A DNA stretch of 51,631 nt from an uncultured Candidatus Peribacteria bacterium (GTDB lineage: Bacteria; Patescibacteriota; Gracilibacteria; Peribacterales; Peribacteraceae). The notes under the pieces are model-generated. The model saw only the letters and a list, made by a program, of their open reading frames with translations, did no database searches and had not been told where the DNA came from. Below are positions 35,310 to 44,121 of the stretch, in pieces. Position numbers and translations under genes: made by a program. The number at the start of each line of letters is the position of its first letter. Position 1 is the stretch's first letter. The stretch is from contig CAZFCB010000002.1 of the NCBI GenBank assembly GCA_964517585.1, positions 1 to 51,631 on the forward strand, written 5' to 3'.

Positions 35310-38300
35310 TTACTCTGCATCTGCAGGTGTTTCTTCTCCATCTTTCTTCTTGACAGCCTTCGATTTCTTTTTTTGAATCAAAGAAGAAATTTGGACAGTT
35401 AGTTCCGGCAACCACTCATCTGTCTGTGCAGCTTTTTTAAGGTCCGACTCGGAGATACGCAGTGTCGTTCCTACAATGCGCCACTGCGGACAGATGTGGA
35501 GGAGCTGCATGATTTCTGTGGCTGTCACGCGTGGTGCAAGACTGACGACGATGTCGCGCTTTGCAGCAGACACAGTGTCCATCTTGATCCGTACGACTCC
35601 GGCACGACGACATGCCATTTTTAACCGAATAACAGAGAGAAGGCTTTCTGCCTGTTTTGGCAGTGGCCCGTATTCCTCACGGAGGTCTTCGCCGAAATCA
35701 GCGAGCATCGCTTCATCTTCAGAGCCTGCTAATTTTTGGTAGACACTGATTTTCTCTTGCTCGTCGGGAATATAGAATGATGGAATGAGTGCTTCAAATG
35801 GCAGAATAATTTCGATTGTCTGTGGCATCTCGTCCTCAGAACCCTTGCCACCAGCTTTCAGCTCTTCTACTGCGCTCTTGAGTAAGCGTAAATAATGGCT
35901 GACGCCAACGGTTTGCATGTTCCCGGACTGCGATGCGCCAAGGATTTCTCCTGCGCCACGTATCTCAAGATCTCGCATGGCAATTTGGAAGCCACTGCCA
36001 AGCTCACTCGCCTCTACGATGGCTCGCAGACGCTTCTTTGCGTCATCTTTCAGGCGCTGTGAATGATAGAGAAAATACGAGTACGCCTGCACCGTTCCTC
36101 GGCCAACGCGACCACGAAGCTGATAGAGCTGCGAGAGTCCAAACTTCTCGGCCTCATTGACGATTAGTGTATTAGCCCTCGGAAGATCGATACCGTTTTC
36201 GATGATCGTGGAACTTACGAGCACGGAATACTTCCCATTTTTAAAATCCACGATGCGTTCTTCCAGAAGCTCTGGTTTTAACTGTCCGTGGGTCACTACA
36301 AACGTCGCCTGTGGGATAAGCGCCTTGAGCTTCATCGCGAAGGCATCGATCGTCTCAACGCGATTGTGAAGCATGTAGACCTGTCCGCCGCGTTCGACCT
36401 CTTTCATGATGGCCTCACGTACAAGTGCATCTGAATACTTGCGAACTTCAGTGATGATGGGAAGCCGCCCAGGAGGAGGGGTGGTGATCGTTGTGATATC
36501 ACGAAGTTTGTGGAGTCCTAAATTGAGCGTTCGGGGAATGGGAGTCGCCGTCATTGTGAGAATATCGACGGCGGCACGCAACTCTTTTAGCTTCTCTTTT
36601 TGCTTCACGCCAAACCGCTGTTCTTCGTCGATGATCACAAGGCCAAGGTCGCTAAACTGCACGTCGTCTTGGAGGAGCCGATGTGTACCAACGACGATAT
36701 CAACACTTCCTTCACGAAGTTTTCTCAATGTTTCTGTCTGCTGCTGTGGCGTACGAAAACGAGACAGTACATCGATTCTTACGTTGAAGCCGTCCATGCG
36801 TTTCTGAAGACTCCGATAATGCTGATCTGTCAGAATGGTGATAGGGGAGAGAAATGCTACTTGCTTTCCACCTTGAACAGCTTTGAATGCTGCGCGCATC
36901 GCGACTTCTGTTTTTCCGAACCCAACGTCTCCACAAATAAGACGATCCATCGGGTGGCCGCTCTCCATGTCATGTTTGATATCCTCGATGGCCTTGATTT
37001 GTCCGGGTGTTTCTGTGTACGGAAAGGCGTCATCAAATTTCTGCTGAATATCACTATCATCAGGGAATGAATTTCCTTTTGCCCTCGCTCGATTTGCGTA
37101 AATTTCAAGCAGTTCTTTCGCAACTTTTTGCGTCTCTTCATTCACCTTTTTTGTAATCTTCTTCCACTCCGATGACCCAAGTCGTGTGAGGACAGGTTCT
37201 TCGCCTTCTTCATGAACAAATTTACTCAGCTTATCCGCCTGATCAACTGGGACGAATAATTTATCGTTCTCCGCATACGTGATCTCCAGATATTCACGCT
37301 CAACATCATCCACTATTTTCGCCGTCATCCCCTCAAAACGACCAATGCCGTGCTCCATGTGAACGACGAAATCCCCAACCTGCAGAGACGTAATGAAATC
37401 AAGTGCCAAACGCTGTACAGATCTTTGCTTCGCCTCTTTCCTTAGAGAGAAAATTTCGCGATCAGTAATCAGCGCGCACTTCAGGTCTGGATTTTGGAGT
37501 GAATGGGGAAGAAGTTCATCCTGAGCTGCTGGAACAATTGTGACGGAGCCAGGCTTTCGTTCCGGTGCGTCAAGATACTGAATTCTTTCTTCTTGTAGCA
37601 CACCCTTTAGTTCGTCAGAGCGCTTGCTTACGATGACGAGCGTCCAATCTTGCTGCAACTTATCTTTCACATCGTTGATAAAGTCTGGAAGTGTGTAGAA
37701 CTTCAGTACAGACAAATACCGGAGATGGACATGAACACCTTCGTCCTCTGGAAAACTTGTCAATTTTACTAAGTCGCATGTCTGAGGAATTTCCATTTCC
37801 TCTTGTTCATCTGTAACAAGCACTGATGTACCAGGGAACTGCTGAGAAAGTGTTCTTGTCTCACTCCAAGAGATGGGATAGATCACCATGGATTTCAGTT
37901 GATCGGAACCACCCCCATGTTCTATGCGTATGTCTTCCACTTTCCCAAAAGAGAAACTGATTTTGTACTGTGTCTCCTCGCCAATAGGAAAAATATCGAG
38001 CGCATCACCAATACGTCGGTATTCACCAGGGGAAAGATGTTGATCACCTGAGTGCTCATATCCCGCATCAATGAGTAATGAGAAGAACGTTGTAAAATCA
38101 GCAGTCTCACCTACTTTCAAAAGGATTGCATGCTCTTTGATTTCCTCGAAAGACGGTAATTCCACATCCCACGTCGCCCTGTCCATCACAGCGATTCCTT
38201 CGCCTTTCATAATTTTGATGATAGATGAAACATCGTCAGCCGTTGGTTCGGCGCCAAATGTTACGTGAAAGGCGTCTTTACCGAAGAATGAAATCCAATG

Positions 38301-38498
38301 CAAAAGACCCTGCACTCGCTCATCATTCTCTGTGACAAGTACTGCAGGTGCTGGATGTAACGTCAGAAGATGGCTCACAATCATTGCTTTTGCCGTTTCA
38401 TTCGAAAGGCCAGAAATTGTGAGCGCATGCTTACTTCTCAACAGCTGTTCAAGCTCTTGATGAGTTTTTTCACCGATGCAAACGGATGGAATCATCAC
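35310..38498 (-). CDS. mfd: Transcription-repair coupling factor
   Basis: 1062 aa. CarD/TRCF RNAP-interacting region (GDFVVHMEHGIGRFEG), helicase motifs (GDVGFGKTEVAMRAA, IIDEEQRFGV, TATPIPRTL) and a TRG-type C-terminus. Confidence 0.93.
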   Translation of the reverse strand: MMIPSVCIGEKTHQELEQLLRSKHALTISGLSNETAKAMIVSHLLTLHPAPAVLVTENDERVQGLLHWISFFGKDAFHVTFGAEPTADDVSSIIKIMKGEGIAVMDRATWDVELPSFEEIKEHAILLKVGETADFTTFFSLLIDAGYEHSGDQHLSPGEYRRIGDALDIFPIGEETQYKISFSFGKVEDIRIEHGGGSDQLKSMVIYPISWSETRTLSQQFPGTSVLVTDEQEEMEIPQTCDLVKLTSFPEDEGVHVHLRYLSVLKFYTLPDFINDVKDKLQQDWTLVIVSKRSDELKGVLQEERIQYLDAPERKPGSVTIVPAAQDELLPHSLQNPDLKCALITDREIFSLRKEAKQRSVQRLALDFITSLQVGDFVVHMEHGIGRFEGMTAKIVDDVEREYLEITYAENDKLFVPVDQADKLSKFVHEEGEEPVLTRLGSSEWKKITKKVNEETQKVAKELLEIYANRARAKGNSFPDDSDIQQKFDDAFPYTETPGQIKAIEDIKHDMESGHPMDRLICGDVGFGKTEVAMRAAFKAVQGGKQVAFLSPITILTDQHYRSLQKRMDGFNVRIDVLSRFRTPQQQTETLRKLREGSVDIVVGTHRLLQDDVQFSDLGLVIIDEEQRFGVKQKEKLKELRAAVDILTMTATPIPRTLNLGLHKLRDITTITTPPPGRLPIITEVRKYSDALVREAIMKEVERGGQVYMLHNRVETIDAFAMKLKALIPQATFVVTHGQLKPELLEERIVDFKNGKYSVLVSSTIIENGIDLPRANTLIVNEAEKFGLSQLYQLRGRVGRGTVQAYSYFLYHSQRLKDDAKKRLRAIVEASELGSGFQIAMRDLEIRGAGEILGASQSGNMQTVGVSHYLRLLKSAVEELKAGGKGSEDEMPQTIEIILPFEALIPSFYIPDEQEKISVYQKLAGSEDEAMLADFGEDLREEYGPLPKQAESLLSVIRLKMACRRAGVVRIKMDTVSAAKRDIVVSLAPRVTATEIMQLLHICPQWRIVGTTLRISESDLKKAAQTDEWLPELTVQISSLIQKKKSKAVKKKDGEETPADAE

Positions 38499-38618
38499 TC
38501 GAAAAATGGAGTGTCAGCCAGGAAATATTGTTTTTCACTATCGAAATGTCTCCCCTCACCTTCATCTTTGAAGGGTGGTGGGGCGCAGGATCGTCCTGCA
38601 ACTATGTATAAATGTACC

Positions 38619-39776
38619 CTATTCTTCCGTCATGCGCAACGGCATGATGAGATGAAGATACTGTGGGTCATTCGGTAATTTGAATACCGCTGGATGCATT
38701 TTGTCTGAGAGTTCAATAGCAATATTCTCCGCATCTAACCGAGAGAGAAAGTCGATAAGATATGTCGATGAAACAGCTATTTTATTTTCTTTACCTTCGA
38801 CATCACAATTAATAGTTGATTCATCTCTGCCAATTTGCGTCTGTTTTGTCATGAGATGAACACCTGTCTTCGTAAAAGAGAATGTAATGTTGTTGCTCTG
38901 TTCTTTTGCAAAGTAATGCATGCGCTTCACTGCACTGAGAAGGTTTTTAATATTCACAGTTGCTGTGGTGTTTTTTTCCTTTGGTACCACCTGAGCGTAA
39001 TCGGGGAATTTCCCATCGATAAGACGGCTCACAAGCTTGGTATGGCGGAGATGAACCTCTATTTGCTGTGATCCTAAATGAATATCAATAGTTTCTTCTG
39101 GTGATTTCTTTGCACCTTTTTCAGTTTTGTCTTCGCCATCGCGACCACGGTGTAGCGCAATGACAGTTTTAAGTTCCTCAAGAAATTTAGCAGGAATAAT
39201 GCAGGAAACCTCTCCAGAGAGATCGGGGATGCTCACACTGTATTCTGAGAGACGATAACTATCGGTGCCCACCATGATGAGTTTCCCTTTTTCCAGACGA
39301 ACATAGACCCCTGAAATTACTGGCCTCGACGTCGTTCTGGCGCAGGCAAAAGTAACAAGATTCAGTGCTTGTAGGAGTGGTGTAATTGGTATATGAAGAG
39401 TGATATCTTTTTGGATACTTGAAATAGTGGGAAAACCATTTGCTGCTTCTCCTGCAATCACTGCTTTTGCTCGTTTCGAATGAAGTTTTAACTGTGTACC
39501 TTCACTTGTTTCAATAATAATTTCTTCGTCTTGATTGTATTGAATGAAGTTTACAATTGCTTTTGCAGGCACAGTTATTGATCCTTCGTTTTCAATATGC
39601 ACTTCAAAACTTGTGACGATAGATAACTCAAGATTCGTTGCTGATAATGTACATCTCTTTCCTTCAACTGAAATAAGGATGTTTTGTAAAATTGGTAATA
39701 CTTGCTCTGTGCCAATTGCACGACTAACAAGTTGTAGCCCCGAAAGAATATCGACTGTTTTACATGAGAATTTCAT
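38619..39776 (-). CDS. dnaN: DNA polymerase III beta sliding clamp
   Basis: 385 aa with a typical clamp N-terminus (MKFSCKTVDILSGLQLVSRAIGTEQVLPILQNILISVEG), three-domain length and a C-terminal YLHLIMPLRM. Confidence 0.9.
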   Translation of the reverse strand: MKFSCKTVDILSGLQLVSRAIGTEQVLPILQNILISVEGKRCTLSATNLELSIVTSFEVHIENEGSITVPAKAIVNFIQYNQDEEIIIETSEGTQLKLHSKRAKAVIAGEAANGFPTISSIQKDITLHIPITPLLQALNLVTFACARTTSRPVISGVYVRLEKGKLIMVGTDSYRLSEYSVSIPDLSGEVSCIIPAKFLEELKTVIALHRGRDGEDKTEKGAKKSPEETIDIHLGSQQIEVHLRHTKLVSRLIDGKFPDYAQVVPKEKNTTATVNIKNLLSAVKRMHYFAKEQSNNITFSFTKTGVHLMTKQTQIGRDESTINCDVEGKENKIAVSSTYLIDFLSRLDAENIAIELSDKMHPAVFKLPNDPQYLHLIMPLRMTEE

Positions 39777-40193
39777 AACCGAATTGAAGACGAAGTTTTT
39801 TGATTAATCAAGCGGTTCTTTTCATTATTATACAATAAATAGTCCTTCCTGTTTTTCTGATGAAGATAGTAGGTAATATAAAATATATTAATATCGTCAT
39901 AGTCATAGACTATTGTTACTTTTAAAAAATTATCGTGAGGTCATCTGGAAAAACTAGTCTGTCTCTATTTTGTACTCAAACTTTTGCCGTATGAGTATGC
40001 AAAAAAGATATAAAAGTGAACACTTCTCGTGTGTGGAAATACTGTGGATAACCTGTGGATAAAAAAGTGAAGAGCGCTTTGTTCCATTGAAATGGTGATT
40101 AGCTTTTGTTCTAGCCAAAGCCAAAATAACTATGTGTATAAAAGATCCTGGATCAGGAAAGCCAAGGCGAACCTTTCCACAGTGACCAAAAGC
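39777..40193. other. Putative chromosomal replication origin (oriC) region
   Basis: 417-bp non-coding spacer upstream of dnaN. An AT-rich tract lies at about 39830-39960. Three DnaA-box-like 9-mers are spaced 11 bp apart: TGTGGAAAT 40032-40040, TGTGGATAA 40043-40051, TGTGGATAA 40054-40062. Weaker boxes: TGTGTATAA about 40133-40141 and TTTCCACA about 40174-40181. Confidence 0.6.
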
Positions 40194-41501
40194 TTACGCA
40201 AGCCTTTTCCTCAGATGTTCGCGCACATTCTTGCTCGCAGGTACAGCCTTATTGGAACGAATGATTAATTTGCCTGCATTCTCCATTTTTACAAACGAGC
40301 CATCGGGTACATCATCAGAAACGAGCGTCATGGAATTTATAAAAGAACCAGCTCCTATTTTTACCCCTGGAGTGAAACACGTATGAATACCAGTGCGACT
40401 GTCAGAACCGACGATTGCACCGAATTTGCCTAGGCCAGTCGAGACAGCTTCGCCCTGCACAAGTGATGAAATCTCTGTTTCGTCGAGCCGTAAATTCCCT
40501 GTCGTCGTACCAGCCCCTAAAGAAATATTGTTTCCAAGCACCGAATCACCAACATAGCTCGTGTGAGTCCAGACATCGTTTCCAAGTACAGATCTCGCTA
40601 TTTCCGTGTTATACCCAATGACACAGCGCTTACCAATGGAACTACCTCGCACAAGAGCATTATTCGCGATGATACTGTCGTCGCCGATACTGCAGGGACC
40701 CATGATTGTTGCATGAGCGAAAACCCTCACGTTCTTCCCAAGGATCACAGGCCCTTCTATCACAGCGGTTGTATGAATTTTCGCAGTTGTATGAATTTTC
40801 GGCTTCCCCTTTTGCGGCAGGAGAATGCCGAGAACGGATAGGACGTGCCAAGGATACTTTACTGGTTGCCACAGTCCATCGTAGGGCACAAATTCGTATG
40901 GGTGCATTTCAAACATTTTCTGCAGTGCCACTTCATATCCGTCATCTTTCGTCGGCTTCACAGCTCTGAGAGCCTTCAGAAGCTCCCCTGATGATGTGTG
41001 GACATGGGCAACGATATTGACGAGATTACTCGGTTCATTACCTGCGCCAGGCTTTTCTACGATGCCAGTAATACGTTTCCCTTGTACTGTCAGATATCCG
41101 CCGGGAAAATACTCCGTCACTTTTCGCGCGAGGAGAAGTCCGCCGCGCGTTAGATTTTCTGACTGCGTACAGAGGGTTGCGTATGCCTGTGACTCGATGA
41201 CGTCATTACCACTCACAATCATGACCGCCTGGTCTTTGCAATGAGGCAAGGAAGAGAGGAGTGCTCCACGCATGCCCAGGCTCAGATCTTCCTGCTCATA
41301 GACTTGGATCTTCGGAAACAACTCCTCAAACTCAGCCTTATTATGGGCGCCAGCGACTATCACGATTTTTTTTATCCCTGCGGATTGCAATCGTCGCACC
41401 TGTTCTTGGATCAAGGTTGTTTCAACGATGGGAAACAACGTTTTTTCAGAGAGTGGCCAAAAACGCTTCGATCTGCCGGCGACGATGAGTAACGCAATCA
41501 T
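40194..41501 (-). CDS. Sugar-phosphate nucleotidyltransferase with a C-terminal left-handed beta-helix (GlmU/ManC-like architecture)
   Basis: N-terminal NTP-transferase fold with a degenerate G-loop (LIVAGRSKRFWPLSEK). The C-terminus has hexapeptide repeats (IGDDSIIANNALVRGSSIGKRCVIGYNTEI...). The start is set at MIALLIV. Confidence 0.75.
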   Translation of the reverse strand: MIALLIVAGRSKRFWPLSEKTLFPIVETTLIQEQVRRLQSAGIKKIVIVAGAHNKAEFEELFPKIQVYEQEDLSLGMRGALLSSLPHCKDQAVMIVSGNDVIESQAYATLCTQSENLTRGGLLLARKVTEYFPGGYLTVQGKRITGIVEKPGAGNEPSNLVNIVAHVHTSSGELLKALRAVKPTKDDGYEVALQKMFEMHPYEFVPYDGLWQPVKYPWHVLSVLGILLPQKGKPKIHTTAKIHTTAVIEGPVILGKNVRVFAHATIMGPCSIGDDSIIANNALVRGSSIGKRCVIGYNTEIARSVLGNDVWTHTSYVGDSVLGNNISLGAGTTTGNLRLDETEISSLVQGEAVSTGLGKFGAIVGSDSRTGIHTCFTPGVKIGAGSFINSMTLVSDDVPDGSFVKMENAGKLIIRSNKAVPASKNVREHLRKRLA

Positions 41502-41548
41502 GTGCGGCTTAGTGTACACAGGCTTCTTTCCTACGACGAGCCTCTCTC

Positions 41549-42370
41549 TTACCATACTATCTCTATATCACCGCTTTCATCAGTGCGCCGAATCTCCGAG
41601 CCTATACTGTGTAGTCGGCGAAGAACGTCTGCATTTGGATGACCATACGGATTTTTTCTCCCGACTGAAATCACCGAACTCTGAGGGTGAACAGCGAGAA
41701 GAAAACCAGTCGAAGACGATGTTTTGCTGCCGTGGTGTGGAACTTTGAGAATATCTGCACGGAGATCCGCACGCGCCTCTACCAGGGTTTTTTCGACAAT
41801 AGTTTCTATGTCTCCCGTAAAGAGTACGCGTTTCCCGTCGTGTGTGAATCGTAGAGTGAGTGATTCATTATTTTCATTACTATTAAAACCCTTAGGCATG
41901 ACACGAGGTGGCCACAGTACTTCGAGCGAGTCCTTCCCCAATGCTATGGACTGCCCTGCGTACAGATGCAGAATAGGTACGCCACGGAGTGAGGCGCCGG
42001 AAAGCGTTGCTCTGTAGGTGCCGGAGTTATACTCCGTTCCCGCTGTGACGAGTGTGCCGACCGTATACCGTCGTAGCACCTCAGGAAATGCAAGCATGTG
42101 ATCACTATTTGGATGTGATAAGACAAGCATGTCGATGTGCCTATTAAAAAACGGCATATGCGTGCCAAGTTTTTCCAGCGTTGACCAATCGGGGCCACCG
42201 TCAATCAAGATCCTTTTGCCGTCCGATAGCGTGATGAGTGCGCTATCGCCTTGCCCGACATCAAAAAAAACAATATGCACATTTCCATCAGGCTGCAATC
42301 TCCATTCTCTGGCTCCTAACACAACAACAAGAATCACAAGAAAGCCGAAAACCCAGGACATCTTCTTCAT
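41549..42370 (-). CDS. ComEC/Rec2-type metallo-beta-lactamase domain protein, stand-alone with an N-terminal TM anchor
   Basis: MKKMSWVFGFLVILVVVLGA anchor. MBL motifs FFDVGQGDSALI, VLSHPNSDH and KVPHHGSKTSSS...SVGRKNPYGHP. The polytopic ComEC channel domain is absent. Confidence 0.8.
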   Translation of the reverse strand: MKKMSWVFGFLVILVVVLGAREWRLQPDGNVHIVFFDVGQGDSALITLSDGKRILIDGGPDWSTLEKLGTHMPFFNRHIDMLVLSHPNSDHMLAFPEVLRRYTVGTLVTAGTEYNSGTYRATLSGASLRGVPILHLYAGQSIALGKDSLEVLWPPRVMPKGFNSNENNESLTLRFTHDGKRVLFTGDIETIVEKTLVEARADLRADILKVPHHGSKTSSSTGFLLAVHPQSSVISVGRKNPYGHPNADVLRRLHSIGSEIRRTDESGDIEIVW

Positions 42371-42379
42371 TCCCAGAGC

Positions 42380-43636
42380 CTACACTACCTTCTTCCTGCG
42401 TTGTATTCGCCTGCCTGCTCCTAGTCCTGCAATCGCCGCGATTCCAAGGAGTCCAGCTCCTGTCTCTGGTAAAGTGATTGTTTTTTCGATACCTGCAGAT
42501 TCCTGATTATTTCCACGGGACGCGACTTTGAGACCAAAGATTCCTGGTGAAACTCGGCTATATTGAACAGTTGTCTGATCGTGACCGACAACAGAATTCC
42601 AAGCGTACGGGCTTCTATTCTTTGATGTGTACAGAGAATACTCTGTAGCATCAGGCGATCCTATCCAATGCGCTGTGACGTTATATGTCCCGTCTTTTCT
42701 CACAACTGAAGTGAGGTTTAAATGGGAAGGATCCGTGGGTGCTGGTGCCGGTTGATAAGCGCCAGGATTTGTCAGTGCTCCTGGAAGATTTGGATTTTTT
42801 CCATACGAAGGAACCGACGGTGGTGGCTCTGAGGAAGACGTGCTGGATTGCACTATTGATGTGAACCGAACCTGCGATTCAGATGGCGTCGCGTTTGTAC
42901 CATCGGCAGCAGGAATGATAGCGAGAAGTCCAAGCACATATTCAGTTTCCGAGGCTTGAGGACGCGTTGTGATAGATACCCTTCTGTCATTCACTTCGAC
43001 ATTCTCGATGGGGAGTACCGTACCATCCACACTCGTGATGAGAAATGAGTCGCGAGTAACATTCGCACCAGAATCAAGTTCTTTCGAGAACGTTACATCT
43101 AGAACCGTATCTGTCATTGCTACGACAGATTCGATCTTCATCGGCGTAGCGGTGCTTGTGGGGTTTTCTCCACGAGGCATTGTCGCCGCTGATTGCGTGC
43201 TCGACGCCGAGGAAGCTTGCATAACATCTTTGGGGGCAGATGGCTGTTTCTGCAACGGTGGTTCCGTAGAAGATGCTACAACTGCCTCAACTTCAAACCC
43301 CTCACTCTCAAGGTTATCTTTGTCTACCGCGAGGACGCCGATATATATCTTTTCCGATTGTAACGGCGCCTTTTGAAAGACATACAATGTTTGTGCATCT
43401 GGAGTTTGTTCAAAATCATCATAATTACCGCCGTTATTCAAAATTGATTCACGGCTGAAGTAGATACGGTAACTCACGGCATTTGGTACTTGCGACCATA
43501 CGACAGAAATTGTGTCTCCATTTCTATGAGCCTGCACACTTTTCACATTTGCAGGCAAGCTTGCAGCCACAGCAACACCAGTAGACAGGGATACTGCCGC
43601 AACGACGACAATGAATGTTTGTTTGAACGTCATCAT
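42380..43636 (-). CDS. LPXTG-anchored cell-surface protein with FN3-like modules
   Basis: Signal peptide MMTFKQTFIVVVAAVSLSTGVAVA. FN3-like signatures (AVSYRIYFS, ATEYSLYTS). The C-terminal sorting signal is LPETG, a hydrophobic stretch (AGLLGIAAIAGLGA) and a basic tail (RRIQRRKK). Confidence 0.85.
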   Translation of the reverse strand: MMTFKQTFIVVVAAVSLSTGVAVAASLPANVKSVQAHRNGDTISVVWSQVPNAVSYRIYFSRESILNNGGNYDDFEQTPDAQTLYVFQKAPLQSEKIYIGVLAVDKDNLESEGFEVEAVVASSTEPPLQKQPSAPKDVMQASSASSTQSAATMPRGENPTSTATPMKIESVVAMTDTVLDVTFSKELDSGANVTRDSFLITSVDGTVLPIENVEVNDRRVSITTRPQASETEYVLGLLAIIPAADGTNATPSESQVRFTSIVQSSTSSSEPPPSVPSYGKNPNLPGALTNPGAYQPAPAPTDPSHLNLTSVVRKDGTYNVTAHWIGSPDATEYSLYTSKNRSPYAWNSVVGHDQTTVQYSRVSPGIFGLKVASRGNNQESAGIEKTITLPETGAGLLGIAAIAGLGAGRRIQRRKKVV

Positions 43637-43664
43637 GACATTGTAGCACGAATCACCTTTTTTT

Positions 43665-44078
43665 TCAAACGGCCTCTGGCCTCTTTTTTGCTAGGAGACT
43701 GCTTTTGTTAATATGGGGTTGTAACGCTTCTGCACGCTCCCAAGGGCATTGTAGGTCTGCAATAGTGACTCCTGGCGGTAATATTTGATCATATCCTAAT
43801 AGGAGTAGATCAGGCTTTTCTTCTCGGAGTGGCGTTAAGAAGTCTTTTGTTGAGCCTGCTATCACTGAAATATCGGGGAATTCAATCGCGAGCGCATGCA
43901 TGCGTTCTTCGGTCGAGAAGAGTGGTAGCCGATTTTTTATCATACGAACATTTGAGCTAACACCTACCACTGCGACCACACTTCCACGTTCTTGTGCCTG
44001 CTTCACAAGAGAGCGATGTCCATCGTGCAGGCCATCAAAAGTGCCGAAGATCATCACTTTTTTCGTAGGTATTTTCAT
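43665..44078 (-). CDS. Cytidylyltransferase-like (HIGH-motif nucleotidyltransferase) family protein
   Basis: 137 aa. VMIFGTFDGLHDGHRSLV matches the (T/H)xGH signature of the cytidylyl/adenylyltransferase superfamily. Confidence 0.7.
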   Translation of the reverse strand: MKIPTKKVMIFGTFDGLHDGHRSLVKQAQERGSVVAVVGVSSNVRMIKNRLPLFSTEERMHALAIEFPDISVIAGSTKDFLTPLREEKPDLLLLGYDQILPPGVTIADLQCPWERAEALQPHINKSSLLAKKRPEAV

Positions 44079-44121
44079 AAACTCAAAAGAATTCTTCCCT
44101 CATTAAAGTTTCTATGCCACT

